Assembly (NCBI GenBank): GCA_951406725.2
Contig: OX597815.1
Span: forward strand, 164,362,001 to 164,426,000
DNA: 64,000 nucleotides
Direction: 5' to 3'
Source of the DNA: Octopus vulgaris
Taxonomy: Eukaryota
The notes under the pieces were generated by a model. The model saw nothing but the letters and a program-made list of their open reading frames with translations. It was not told where the DNA came from and made no database searches. A program made the position numbers and the translations under genes. Positions within the stretch are counted from its first letter, which is position 1, and the number at the start of each line of letters is the position of its first letter. Shown piece by piece: positions 13,191-26,365 of this stretch.

Positions 13191-14064
13191 GTGTAAGGCG
13201 GCGAGTTGGCAGAACCGTTAGCATGCCGGGCGAATTGCGAGCCGTATTTTGTCTGCTGTTACGTTCTGAGTTCAAATTCCGCCGAGGTCGACTTTACCTT
13301 TCATCCTTTCGGGGTCGATAAATTAAATACCAGTTACGCACTGGGGGTAATTGACAATCCGTTTGACTGTCCTTGTTTGTCCCCTCTATGTTTAGTCCCA
13401 TGTGGGCAATAAAGAAATAAGAAACGTTAGTACGCCGGGCGAAATGCTTAGCGGTATTTCGTCTGCCGCTACGTTCTGACTTCAAATTCCACCAAGGTCG
13501 ACTTTGCCTTTCATCCTTTCGAGGTCAATTAAATAATACCAGTTACGCACTGGGGTCGATATAATCGACTTAATCCATTTGTCTGTCCTTGTTTGTTTCC
13601 TCTGTGTTCAGCCCCTTGTGGGTAGTAAAGAAATAGGTATTCCGTCGATCTTTACGTTCTGAGTTCAAATTCCGCCAAGGTCAACAATGCTTTTCGTCCT
13701 TTCGGGATCGATAAATTAAGTACTGGGGTCACTCCCAAAAAAATTTCGAGGCCTTTTGCCTAGAGTAGAAAAGAATGTGTGGGGAAGGGGGTTGGTAAGA
13801 CGCTTGCTTCCCAACCACAGGGTTCCGGGTTCAGTCCCACAGTAGCACCTTGTCTTCTTCTGTAGCTTCGGGCTGACCAAACCCTTGTGAATGAATCTGG
13901 TAGACGGAAGCAGAAAGAAGCCCACTGTGTATATATATATGTGTGTGTGTGGTGGGTGGGTATCTGTCTGTGTTTGTTCCCCACCACCGCTTAACAACTG
14001 GTGTTGGCGTGTTTCTGTCTCCGTAACTAAGCGGTTCCGCAAAGAGGCCGATAGAGTAATAATA

Positions 14065-14450
14065 ATACAATAATGAAATTATTGTATACAGTGCTCAGGT
14101 GCACCACAACTTGTCAGAAAGTGCATATAAAGTACATGCAGTAATGTAGAAATGTCTGGAAAGTGAACAGTGTATGAGTCAGATACATGCTTGTGTGTGT
14201 ATGGAGGGGAGAAAATCAAGTGTAGTGTTGGCGAATCTCAGGAAGCATGGACGTTTTGAAGGATGCAGTGCTCCGACAACTAACAACCGATGCCGGCAGT
14301 TTGTTCCATGCTTCAGCAACTCTCAGCGTGAAAAAATGTTTCCTGAAGTCATGGGAGCTGTGCTGTTTTCTTACTTTGTAAATATGTCCACGGGTGTTAG
14401 ATGGGTGGAGTTTGAAGAGGTGCTCACAGTTATTGTTTGTGCGATGGTTG
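14065..14450 (-). mobile_element. CR1-type LINE 3' fragment (other copies about 20155-20390 - and 63285-63655 +)
   Basis: NTRGHIYKV...RKHFFTLRVAEAWNKLP..VV...TASFK is the CR1 ORF2 C-terminus. The copies share a 3' UTR and (ATT)n tail. Confidence 0.85.
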
Positions 14451-14684
14451 AAACACCAGGCTTCGAAAAAAATGTATTGGGACCGATTCATTCGACTAAA
14501 AATTCTTCCAGGCGGTGCCCAAACATTGCCTCAGTCAAATGACTGTAACAAAGTAAAAGAAGAAAAAAATATATAGCCGGTTCGTCTGGAATGCAATACG
14601 TACGCAGATATTTACGTGCTAAGTATATAGAAACGTACGGTCATGTTCGTACGGGAGTTAGACGTATGTAGACATGTACTGTAA

Positions 14685-15385
14685 AGGCGTGTAGCTTAGT
14701 GGTTCGGGCATTCCGCTCACGATCGTAAAGTCGTGCGTTCAATTCCCAGCGACGTGTCCTTGAGCAAGACACTTTATTTCACGTTGCTCCACGTCACTCG
14801 GCTGGCAAAAATGAGTAGTACCTGTATTTCAAAGGGTCGACCTTGTCACACTTTATGTCACGCTGAACATCCCTGAGAATCACGTTAAGGGTACACGTGT
14901 CTGCGGAGTGCTCAGCCACTTGCACGTTAATTTCACGAGCAAGCCGTTCTATTGATTGTATCGGCTGGGACCCTCGTCGTCGCAACCGACAGAGTGTCCC
15001 TTACACACGTACATACATAGTACGAACATGCGTACTCTCAAACATGCGTCCATACGTGCCTACAGAAGGCGCGTGTCTTAGTGGTTAGGGTATTTGGCCC
15101 ACGATTATAAGGTCATGAGTTCAATTTCAGGCGATACGTTGTGTCCTTGAGCAAGACACTTTATTTCACGTTGCTCTAGTCCACTCAGCTAGAAAAAATG
15201 AGTAGTGCCTGTATTTCAAAGGGCCGGCCTTGTCACGCTCTGTGTCACGCTGAATCTCCCTCAGAATTACGTTAATGGTACACGTGTCTGTGGAGTGCTT
15301 AACTACTTGCACGTTAATTTCACGAGCAGGTTGTTCTGTTGATCAGATCAAGTGGAATCCACGTCGTCGTAACCAACAGAATGCC
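14685..15385 (+). mobile_element. Two tandem copies of tRNA-derived SINE family C (V-domain-like)
   Basis: GGCGCGTGGCTTAGTGGTTAGGG...GTTCAATTCC...GTGTCCTTGAGCAAGACACTT. Related pieces at about 46020-46250, 47260-47435, 47810-48000, 58800-58980 and 61140-61400. Confidence 0.85.
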
Positions 15386-16181
15386 GATTGTATGTGCATG
15401 CATGCATACGTGTGGTCAAACATACAATTGTACGAACATGCATACATACGTGTGGTCAAACGTACAATTGTACGAACATATAGCCTATCCAGCTACCTTC
15501 CATTATTTTAATTTCTATTGAAGCTCTGTAACTTATGAACAATGATCACCTGTCTGCCTACCTGCCTCGCTGCCTGTCTAATCAACTGTGTGTCGTTTGC
15601 TCCTTCTCGAGCCATGCTTGGTTCATAACGGCAGGTTTCCCGGTTCCATTAGCGTATAGGTTCCCTACCTTGACGAGACGCCGGTCCGTCGCAGGTGAGC
15701 TGCTAGATGCAGGAGGAAAGAGTGAGATAAAGTTGTGGCGAAAGTATCAGCAGGAGTTCGCCTTTACCTTCTGCCGGAGCCGCGCGGAGCTTAGGTGTTT
15801 CGCTCATAAATACACACATCACCCGGTCTGAAATTCGAACACGCGAGTTCGCTGCTCTGGCTAATAGGCCATGTGCCTTCACCTAATCAACTGTGGAGTC
15901 TGTTTATCAAATGGATGACGTAAACCTTTCCTTGGATATGGCGTTATTCAATTGCTGGTAACTTTTCCCAGGTGTTTCATGCACTCAGTATTTTTGAAGG
16001 TGAACAGATACAGAATTACAATACAATATCAATAATAGAGTTGTTATTACAAAAGATAATCCGGTTCTCCAATATGCTATGTTTTCATTCATTTTACCTG
16101 TAGACACACACACACACACACCTGCCAGTCTGTGTCTCTCTCAATCAATATGCGTGTGTGTGTGTGTGTGCGTGCGTGTGC

Positions 16182-16230
<49 letters not shown>

Positions 16231-16240
16231 AGGTTGTTTG

Positions 16241-16432
16241 TTATGGCCGGACAGAGAGTGACCATTGGTTTCGCATCTAAAAAGTGCATAACTGCAAAGG
16301 CGACTTGTCAGACTCGTTGGCCGGTAGCACCACCCTACCTATGTGCCTCCGGTCAACGAGTCTGACGAGTTGTTTATACAGCTAAGCGCTTTTTAGGTGC
16401 AAAACCAAAGATCACTCTTTGACCAGTCATAA
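16241..16432. repeat. Palindromic element made of two divergently oriented, mutated hammerhead units
   Basis: Left arm (-): GAGU-CUGACAA...GC-GAAAC-CAAUG-GUC-ACUC. Right arm (+): GAGU-CUGACGA...GC-AAAAC-CAAAG-AUC-ACUC. The arms are reverse complements of each other. Confidence 0.65.
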
Positions 16433-16486
16433 AAAAAAACAATCTTGTAAGTATTACTGTTCCAATGCTTTGGAGTTAGAGTGCTC

Positions 16487-16880
16487 TTCATCATCATCAT
16501 CGTCGTCGTTTAACGTCCGCTTTCCATACTGGCATGGGTTGGACGGTTTGGATGAGAACTGGCAAGCCAGGAGGCTGCACCAGGCACCAATCTAATCTGG
16601 CAAGGTTTCTACAGCTTGATGCCCTTCCTAACGCCAACCACTCCGAGAGTGTAGTGGGTGCTTTTTATATGCCACCGGCACGAGGGTCAGTCAGGTGGTA
16701 CTGGCATCGACCACGCTTGAACTGTGCTTTTTACGTGTCACCGGCACGGGAGCCAGTCACCAACACTGGCAACGGCCACGCTCGAATGGTGAGTTTTACA
16801 TGCCACCGGCACGGGAGCTAGTCAGGCGGCACTGGCAACGACCACGCTCGGATGGTGCCTTTTACGTGCCACCGGCATAT
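16487..16880 (-). mobile_element. Short (GAT)n-tailed elements sharing the RTE 3' end (others about 27255-27470-, 31398-31725-, 37875-38260-, 40840-41196+, 51130-51520+, 59657-59980-)
   Basis: Share GGCGTTAGGAAGGGCATCCAGCTGTAGAAAC...CATGCTAGCATGGA...GGACGTTAAACGATGATG with 35380-35565. Confidence 0.85.
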
Positions 16881-16889
16881 GAAATACTG

Positions 16890-16928
<39 letters not shown>

Positions 16929-17959
16929 CCTCTACGTGGTCGCTTCATCTTCGAGAAACAGCAGCCAAATCTCCTTTAAATCGCACTTGCCTATTTTTAA
17001 AATACCTTTAAATGTGGAGCTAAAGAAGGGAAGCAGCTGAATTAAGGGGAGGCAACCTGTATATTGTCAAAAACATTGAAACGTGAAGCTACAAAGGGAG
17101 ACTACTTATTTAAGGGGAAGCAACTCCTCTTGCACACGAAATATGCTTTGCATTTCAAAATTTGAAATTTCTCTTTCTTTACATTTGCTGATCTTGAGGA
17201 AAGGACAGTGCCTGTGGCTTTGCTGAGACTGATATGTCTATGTTCCTTTAGTAAGTCAATACCTGTGAGAAAGATAAGAACAGGGATGAAATTCCAGAGG
17301 ACTGAAATTTGGGAGAGGAAAAACTGGAACATTGGACACAGAAGAGATGAGAGGAAGACAGACAAGTAGGATGGGATTTCCTTAGTAGAGGCGGCGTAGG
17401 TCTAAGTACCTCCCAGGTGCAGAGGCCATTGTAGTAGCAGTAGAAAAGGCAGAGATATAAGACAGCATGCTTGAGAGCCAGAGGATTTGTCAAGGCTGGA
17501 AAGCCTGTGATCATATGCTTGTATGATCCAATAACAACACACTGCCTGTTCTTTTATTCTTTTACCTGTTTCAGTTATTTGACTGCAGCCATGCTGGAGT
17601 ACCGCCTTGAAGGGTTTCAGTCGAACAGAATTTATTTTTTAAACCTAGTACTTTTTCAGTCTCTTTTGCTGAACCGTTAAGTTACAGGGACATAAATACA
17701 CCAACACCAGTTGTCAAGTGATGATGGGAGGGAACAAACACTGACACAAAGACACACACACACACTCACACACATACACATACATACAAATATATATATA
17801 TGTTGTTCGAAAAATGTTCAGTTTCTATGCTTTTGTTTTTATGCTTTCGTTTCTCATTGTGTTCAACATTTTTTGATGCCCTGTACCTATATAAGCATGT
17901 ATATACATATATATGTAGGTATGTACATATGTATGTATATATTCATATATTATTTATAT

Positions 17960-18011
<52 letters not shown>

Positions 18012-18306
18012 TGCATATATACATACATACATACATACATACATACATACATGCATACATATATATATATAATGTGAAATAGAAAGATGAATAATCTTGT
18101 AGTAGATTAATCAAAAGTTTAACCGATACCTTAGTAGCAAAAATCACAGCAGTAAACAGCACGGTTAGAGGTACAACCATATGGTGTTGCAACCATTATT
18201 CAATCGGAATTTGGTAATTTGTGCCTTTCGAAACACGTGTAGAATGAAATAAAACGATTTCTGTTCAATCTGCGTTCAGCTCCATTTCTTCAATTCACCA
18301 ATAATG

Positions 18307-18338
<32 letters not shown>

Positions 18339-19569
18339 GCTTCTTTTCAGTTTGTCTACCAAATCCACTCACAAGACTTTCGTTGGTCCAAGATTGTAGT
18401 AGAAGACACTTGCCCAAGGTGCCATGCTGTGGGACTGAACCCGGACCCATGTGATTGGGAAGCCAGCTTCTTACTACACAGCCACGCCTGGGCCTATGTA
18501 TAAAAAAGAAATGTGTTAATGTATTCAAATAATGTAGAAGTTACCACAAGATACAAAATATGACCAACCAATTTTTGTAGCATTGTTTTATGTAGAAAGC
18601 ACACTAATTGAATCCTTAACATATCAGACAAGATGCTTTCCAGCATTTCTACTAGTTATACATTCTGAGTTCAAATTCCACTGAGGTTGACTTAGCATTT
18701 AATCCTTTCAGGGTCAATTAAATAAGTATCAATTGAGCATTGGGGTGGATGTAATCAACTAGTCCCTTCCCACATAATTTCAGGTTTTGTCTCTATAGAA
18801 AAAAGACAATATCTACTCCTTTCACTCATTCACCTATTCTTGGTCATGTTGCCTTGAATGAATAAAGGCACCATACATTGATGAGAATAATGAATAATGT
18901 TGCAGAGTAAAAGGCAACCATAGCAGTTCTGGAGCAATGGTTAATGAATGAGTGGAACAAGATTCTTTAGTCTACACTCTTTTGTCAATCTGAAAACATG
19001 AAAACATCTCTAGTAATGATCCCATGGAAAAATGAACTCAGAACACCATGTAAAGTGATTAGCGTTATGAAGAGTATCTAACCACAGAAACTATACCAAA
19101 AATGAAAGGTTTTCAGTGAGACCTGGTCCTCAGACCTGTCTAGTAGAGTAGCGGTAACTTTGAATAAGAACTGACTTAGATCAGGTTGACCAGATCAAAC
19201 TATGTCAGTAAAGTAAGTGAACACAAAATTGATGATGATGCTAGAGGATATTACACCATCTCATGAATTATTATAAGTTATATTTTTATAATTCAAAAAT
19301 TGATAGTTTTGTTGTCTTTGTAGGCCTCCTTTGACTAGACAATTTGGTTCCCAACGAAAATTCCACACTGAAATTAAAATTGGATAAAAAATATGGTTAG
19401 CTCAGTTATGATGTTGAGCCAATGCTGAAGGAGAATCACTTCCACACTGTTAAAAACTATTGGCAGATCAATGTTGTACATCAGTAATGGGTTGCCTGTA
19501 AATTAATGATTTTCCAGCATATCTTCATCATTTTACGTTTGTTTATCCAACTTTGTTATCTCAGATATG

Positions 19570-19930
19570 TTAGTTAGTTAGCTAATTTGGCTCAAAAGCA
19601 AATAGCAAGGCCATGTAGGGGAACATGGAGTTACGTACAGGGTGGTGTTCATGTAAAGAGTTCAGGCCACTTGAGGTCAAGGGAGGCTTTGAACAAAGCG
19701 GTCATCGGCATCTTCACCATCTCGTCTGGCAGCTTGTTCCACGGATCCGCAACCTGGACGGAGAAAGCTCCTCTCCTTCGATTGAGATGAAATCGTCGCA
19801 GGTAGAGCTTTTCGGAATGACCCCGCAGCCGACGCTCTGGAGCAGGAGTGAAGAACAGCTCTTTTGAGAGGTTACACTTTCCGCTTATGATGTTGTGGGC
19901 GAGAATGAGATCACCACGGCGGCGGCGTGC
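19570..19930 (-). mobile_element. Second CR1-type LINE family, 3' fragment
   Basis: Minus strand RRRRGDLILAHNIISG...RLRGHSEKL...RRGAFSVRVADPWNKLP...FKASLD. Confidence 0.85.
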
Positions 19931-21615
19931 AACACAGCATCCTGAGATTAACTCTTGTCATTTCTACTCATATTTTCCACAGTCTTTTCCTTCTGTTAGT
20001 CTCTTTCCCATGGTTCTCCTGACACTTCTTTACCTATCTGTTATTATCCATATGTTTTGCATGTCCATACCCATTCAGTTGTGCCCCTTGAATACTATCT
20101 CTGATTATTCTATTAACCAGTTTTCTCTCAGTTCATCGGTACCTCATCATAATATAATAATAATAATGAAATTATTGTATACAGTGCTCAAGTGCACCAC
20201 AACTTGTCAGAAAGTGCATATAAAGCATATGCAGAATGTACAAGTGTCTGGGAAGTGAACAGTGTATGAGTCAGATACATGCTTGCGTTTGTATGGAGGG
20301 GAGAAAATTAGGTGTAGTGTTGGCGAATCTCAGGAAGCATGGAAGTTTTGAAGGATGCAGTGCTCCAACAACCAACAACTGATGCCGGCAGGCACACAAA
20401 CATTACACATCCATTGGATCACGATAGCTTCATCGCTCTCCAACCTTTTCACTTCGGCTGCATTCAGTACCCACATCACGCTAACATACAGCATTACAGT
20501 TCATATATAAGCATTGTACAATGTATTCTCCGTTCGGAGGCAGAGTCCTGTTGTCAGTAGAGGTAATAGTTTCCAGAACTTTGTCCATCTTATGCTTGTT
20601 CTGACTACAATGTTTTCAGAACATCGCTTCCACTGCCAATTTAATTGCCTAGGTAACATAAGCCATCAACTACTTCTATAGATTCTTCTAAGCATCACAA
20701 AGACTTTATTTTACTGGTGCTCTGACTTTTAACTAATTTAACACTACAGCCTCAAACAAAATATTTATTCACAGTTAGCCTACTTTTGACTGCACAAAAC
20801 TTCTTGTATACCTATAGATCACATTGGAATTTATACCTATTCCTTAAAAAAAAATTGAAGCAATATTATTACCAGGAATTATTTTACTAAGAATCTATTT
20901 TAGGATATTATCAAAGCCTAAGAACATACTGGATTTTGTGATATAAACTTCCAGCTTTATGTAAATTGATCAAAATCAAAGCCCGCCATCAAAATTTCAA
21001 GTTGATCAATGGCCCAATACCAGCTGAATGATGATAAAGTTTTTGGATTTGGTTTGCAAGATTCTAAATATGAGTTCGTGTGTTGAAGCATATTCAGTTG
21101 TGTCTGGGGAGGGTCATTTTCTTTTTGTGCCTTATGATGTAACACACTCACTAGTAAAATTTCCACTTATTTCTTATTTTTATTTTCCTAAAATTTTTAC
21201 TAAATTCTTCATTATTTTCAAAATCAATCAGAACAACGGATGTGTATTCCAAAGGAAATATGACTGGAAATGGGCTAAAAACATTGACTGTGTGTGTGTG
21301 TGTGTGTTTGTCTGTAAGAGTGTGTGTGTGTGTTCATTTGTGTGTGTGTGTGTGTTTGTGTGTATATACACCAGGGATGTTTGGCCTCGTGACTGGCACA
21401 AACTGATTAGATTTTGGGATCCATCCGGTACCAGACAAGGATTCTGGATTATTTTTTACTTAATTTTTAAGAGTGGTCAGGTTCAATTTTAGTATTCTCG
21501 TTTGTGAGAGCAGTCAATTCTATTTCAGATATTCTCATTTTAAAAATCATCTCTGGCTAATTGTTGAGAGGATGTTGGTATTGCCCTGACAGAGGTTTGC
21601 ACTCTCTGAGTGCTC

Positions 21616-21656
<41 letters not shown>

Positions 21657-23214
21657 GTTGAAGGCAGTCAGCCAGAGGGTTCATTAGCACTTTGGACAAA
21701 ATCTTTAACAGCATTTATTCTGGTTTTACATTCTGAGTTTAAACATCACCAATGTCAACTTTGCTTTTATCCTTTTGGAGTCAATAGAATATGTACCAGT
21801 TGAACACTGGGGTTGATGTAATCAACTAGTCCCCTGCTCCAAAATTCCAGGTTTTGTGCATATAATAGAAAGAATTATTATTATAAAGGAGGGAACTTCT
21901 AAGGTCAAATTCCGCCAATGTCAACTTTGCCTGTCATCCTTTCGGGGTCGATAAATTAAGTACCAGTGAAACACTGGGGTCAATGTAATCGACTAGTCCC
22001 CTCCCCAAAAAATTTCAGGCCTTGTGCCTTTAGTAGAAAGGATCTTTAAAGGCAGGATGAAGGTAACAAGCTAATAGAATAGTTAGCATGCCAAGCAAAA
22101 TGCTTAGCAGCAAATTCTGCTGAGGTCAACTTTGCCTTTCATCCTTTCAGGGTCAATAAAATAAGTACCAGCTATGCACTAGGGTCAATGTAGTCAACTT
22201 GCCCCTTCTCCAAAATTATTGGCCTTTTACCAATCGGAAGCTGAAAGAATTATTAAGCACCAGACAAAATGCCTGCTAGTATTTCTTCTGACTGCTTACA
22301 TCCTGAGTTCAAATCCTTCCAAGATCAACTTTGTCTTTCTTCTCTCCATGGTTGATAAAATAAAGTACCAGTCATGTACTGGGGTAGATGGTGTCAACAA
22401 CTCCCCAACCCCTCAAAAATTGTCAGCAACAAGGCAATAAGGTGGCGGAATCATTAGAGTGTTAAAAAAGTGAAAATGCTTTATGGTATTTGTTGTGGCT
22501 CTTTATGTTTTGAGTTCAAATCCCACCAGGGTCAACTTTGCCTTTTGTCTTTTCAGGGTTGATAAAATAAAGTACCAGTCAATCACAGGCATTGACTAAC
22601 TTTCTCCACTCAAAATTGTCAGTTTTGTATCTAAATCAGCTATGACTATCATCAATTTTTGCATCTATTTTTCATGCTAGCAAAGGCTGGCTGGGCCATT
22701 CTTATCCAAGTGAGTTCTTAGTTGAAATTATTACTCTCTTAGACAAGTTAAAGGGTTCATTTTGCTTATACACTCCAATATTATGGTAATAAATAAGGTG
22801 GCAAGATTACAGAATCATTAGCACAAGAAGCAAAATGCTTAGCAGTATTTCATCCATCTTTATGTTCCGAGTTCAAATTCCACTAAGATCGACTTTGCCT
22901 TGCATTCTTTGAGGTCAATAAAATAAATACCAGTTGAACACCGTGGTCAATGTAATCAACTAGAACCCCTTCACCAAAATTTCCGGTTGGGGAAGGATTA
23001 TTATGGTAATAAATAAAATGGCAAACTGGCAGAATCTTTAGCACACCAGATAAAATGCTTAATGACATTTAATCCAGTGTTACATTCTCAGTTCTAATTC
23101 CTCCAAGGTCAACTTTGCCTTCATCCTTTCGGGGTCAATAAAATAAATAACAATTGAGCACTGGAGTCAATGTAATCGACTGGACCCCTTCCTTAAAATT
23201 TCAGGCCTTGTGCC

Positions 23215-23867
23215 GGATCTTTTCCTTTTGAACGGCAGTTTTCAACACAATTTCTAGTTAACTAAACACTTTTAAACTTCGTATACTGGTAGAATGTGTC
23301 AAAATAAAACATTTTTTTCTCTTGGCGTTCTAGAGAAAATTGTAATTTGTAAGTTTAACGTAGTTTAATTTTTCGAATTTTAACCAATCCTATGCCCTCT
23401 ATTGAGCTAAAATCATTTGCTGCATCTAAAACTGAGACAACATCCTGTCACTAACTCTAACCCTCACCCTAAATTTTAGCCTTTCGGTTTTTTTTTCTTA
23501 ATTGTTAAATTAATTTAATTGTTACGTGTGTGTCTAAAATTATTTGTTTTGTTTTTGTTTTGTGTTTTTGCTTTTTGTTTTAGCCTTTCGTTTTTCTTTT
23601 TTTCTTAATTGTTATCCTTAAATTAATTTAACAATTAAGAAGAAAAAAAACGAAAGGCTAAAATTTAGGGTTAGGGTTAGTAACAGGATGTTGTCTGTTT
23701 TAGATGTAGCAAAATTAAACACGTTAAACTTACAAATTACAATTTTCTCAAGAAAGCCAAGAGAAAAAAATGTTTCATTTTGACACATTCTACCAGTATA
23801 CGAAGTTTAAAAGTGTTTAGTTAACTAGAAATTGTGTTGAAAACTGCCTTTCAAAAGGAAAAGATCC
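23215..23867. mobile_element. Palindromic MITE / foldback DNA transposon with 8-bp TSD
   Basis: About 145-bp near-perfect TIRs GGATCTTTT...AAAAGATCC plus inner inverted segments. CTTGTGCC is duplicated at 23207-23214 and 23868-23875, and the insertion splits a SINE tail. Confidence 0.9.
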
Positions 23868-24110
23868 CTTGTGCCTATAGTAAAAAGAAAGAAATTATTG
23901 TGGTGATAAATAAGGATAAAAGTATTTAAATTATCAATGATATAATAGGAAATAGTACAGGAATATTTATTGTGTACTCCAGACAAATACATGCTGAAAT
24001 GACAAATCAGATTCAATAGTTGTTTATTCTATAGTCGAAACAGTTTATTTCAGCTTTTCGAAAATGAAAGACAATTTTATGGTGAATGAGATAATTATAG
24101 AGATTTTTGT

Positions 24111-24298
24111 TTACAAATGTGGTACGCATACTTTCCCAACAAAGAGTTCTGAGACAACAGTGATCCACAATGCAAGAACGAAAAAAATGTAAGAGATTCC
24201 AACTTGAAAGTTGTGTGGGAGTTGATATGGTAATCCACCAATCTGGTCCATGTTAAAGCCAATCGGGAAAATGACAGCAGCCATACAAAATAATATCA
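24111..24298 (-). CDS. MOSMO: MOSMO coding exon 3 (terminal)
   Basis: ttag acceptor. A|TG rebuilds MILFCMAAVIFPIGFNMDQIGGLPYQLPHNFQVGISYIFFVLALWITVVSELFVGKVCVPHL*, compare vertebrate MILFCMAALIFPIGF...GGQPYKLP...GKVCLPG. Exons total 103+216+188=507 nt, i.e. 168 aa plus stop. Confidence 0.95.
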
Positions 24299-24647
24299 CT
24301 AATTAAAAAGAAAAAAAAAAAGAAATATAAAACATCAGTATTAGTAATGCTAAAATTGAAAGAATGAAACAAAAAAAATGTACAAGCACATATAAAATAT
24401 ACATAAATTCTGATAATTTAACTTCCTCAGCAATGATTTATTCTAAACCTTTTGTAAGTATTTATCATCTATATTATCATCATATTGAGTTTCAATTAAT
24501 TTCAAAAATAATCAAGAATTTCCTAAAAGATATGAATTTGTGAAACAATACTATAATGTCCTTAAGATTAAGATATGAACATGAATATAAAAACATTTAG
24601 AATTTTCAATGATTAATTAGTAAAGACAAAATGGTTTTAATACTTAC

Positions 24648-24863
24648 TTGCAACGAAACCAAGCCAACGAGCAAATCTTATTGCTCTATAGTGCCAGAAA
24701 GAAAACCAAAGGAGTAAAATAGTAGATGATATAGAACCAATTCCAAGTACTATGCAAATGAAAGTAATGAACCATTCAGCACGAGCAGGTTCTGGATTGT
24801 AACATACGGTTGGTCTTTCATATATTGTAAGACAGGTTTTCAGTAACCCAATAGATGTTGCAC
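24648..24863 (-). CDS. MOSMO: MOSMO coding exon 2
   Basis: ttttag acceptor and GTAAGT donor, 216 nt, phase 1-1. Translates ATSIGLLKTCLTIYERPTVCYNPEPARAEWFITFICIVLGIGSISSTILLLWFSFWHYRAIRFARWLGFVA, with the claudin/PMP22-like GL..C...C motif and the ARW motif. Confidence 0.93.
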
Positions 24864-26173
24864 CTAAAAATGAATTTAAAAATACCTAATTATTACAGAT
24901 ATAAATTATAAATTTCAAATGTAAATTGATATTAAATAAACCTGTGACAAGAGTATCCACTGAGGTAATAGAGATGAGCCACAGACCTAATGCAATTCTT
25001 CAAATTTACAAAGAGAATCAGAAATCTTTGGCTTAAACAAAGTGCCTTGGTTAAATATTCCATATTAGGTCATTGTAAATAAAACACAAAAGAATAGTCC
25101 ATTTCATTACTCAAACTAGTAATGATTTATCTTAAAAATGAGAAAACCAATTTAAGGTGCTAGTATTGTCTATCTTGGATTTTTCTGCTGTTTCCAAACA
25201 TGGGTCACATCAATTTAATATATCCAAGAACAGACTAGTGAAAATTGTGCTAACATTTGGTCAGCAGACTGCAAAATAACAGAAAATTACTTGAAGCTGT
25301 TGCACTAGTCCAATGAGGAAGATTGGCAGAATTGTTAGAGCATCAGTTGAGATGTCTTGCAGCATCAGTTCCTGCCTCATTACTGACCACCAAACAATAA
25401 AACAATATTTGCAATGGCTGTAGCACTTAGCTCTACAGCAAGACTGCTATTTCTACTTTCATTCTATTCATTGTTAAAAGCAACTCAAGAGTCTGAAAAC
25501 AACTCTACCTCTTATCATCCTCAACAATATGTAAGGTCTGGTTTTCATACTGGTATGGATTGGAAAGGTCTGCTATGGAGTATATCACCAATCTTCTCAG
25601 TATTTTTTCATCTCTTCTGGTAATGGGGCGGGGACAGTATCCTGAATTTTAATACCATCATTTCTGCTCATGTCTTTTTCAGTTTTTCACTAGAATACCC
25701 TTATTATATCACACTTTTTTTTTACCAAGCATGCATTATCCTTTCATATTAATGAAGTTGCCCTTTCCTGCATACATCAGCCCAGATACTTTCAGTTCAC
25801 TTGTGCTAAGTCTTTCTTCCATATGATTCAGCTGCAACTAGTTTCATTAGATTTCACCATTATGCATCTAATGGAGCATACTCAGCTCATATTTCTCTCC
25901 CACTTTAGTAGATTTTTCACATTTAATGTTATGTTCCACTACCATGCAGCATCACAATTTGTACGAATGCTTCATTCTGTCTGTTACCAAAAGAGATTGC
26001 CAAAGCTCTTTGAATTTCTTTATCCTTTCCTACTCTAACAACAATGCTTTCCCTGCAGCCCCCTCCAACAATAATTACATTGCAGATAGCATAAACTATC
26101 AGCCAAGTCTAGTGAGTCATATGCGTAGTTCTTAAACTTTACTTCATGGGTACTTTTGTTGCTAACTACAGCA

Positions 26174-26365
26174 GTGCATCCATCTCATCTGCAACCCTGT
26201 CTTTGTCTATCTGAGGTGCATCCATCCCATCTGCAATCCTGTTTCTGTCAATCTGGGGTGCATCCATCCCATCTGAAGTGCATCCATCTCATCTAAAATC
26301 CTGCTTCTGTCTATCTGAGATGCATCCATCCCATCTGAAACCCTGCTTCTGGCTATCTGAGGTCT
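26174..26365. repeat. About 42-bp minisatellite in MOSMO intron 1
   Basis: Unit GTGCATCCATC(C/T)CATCTG(C/A)AA(C/T)CCTG..TCTGTCTATCTGAG, about 4.5 copies. Confidence 0.8.

Noticed and set aside
23452-23680. TAACCC/TTAGGG telomeric motifs (also about 53585)
   Set aside because: Only 2-3 units, inside a MITE or LINE, so not an interstitial telomere array.
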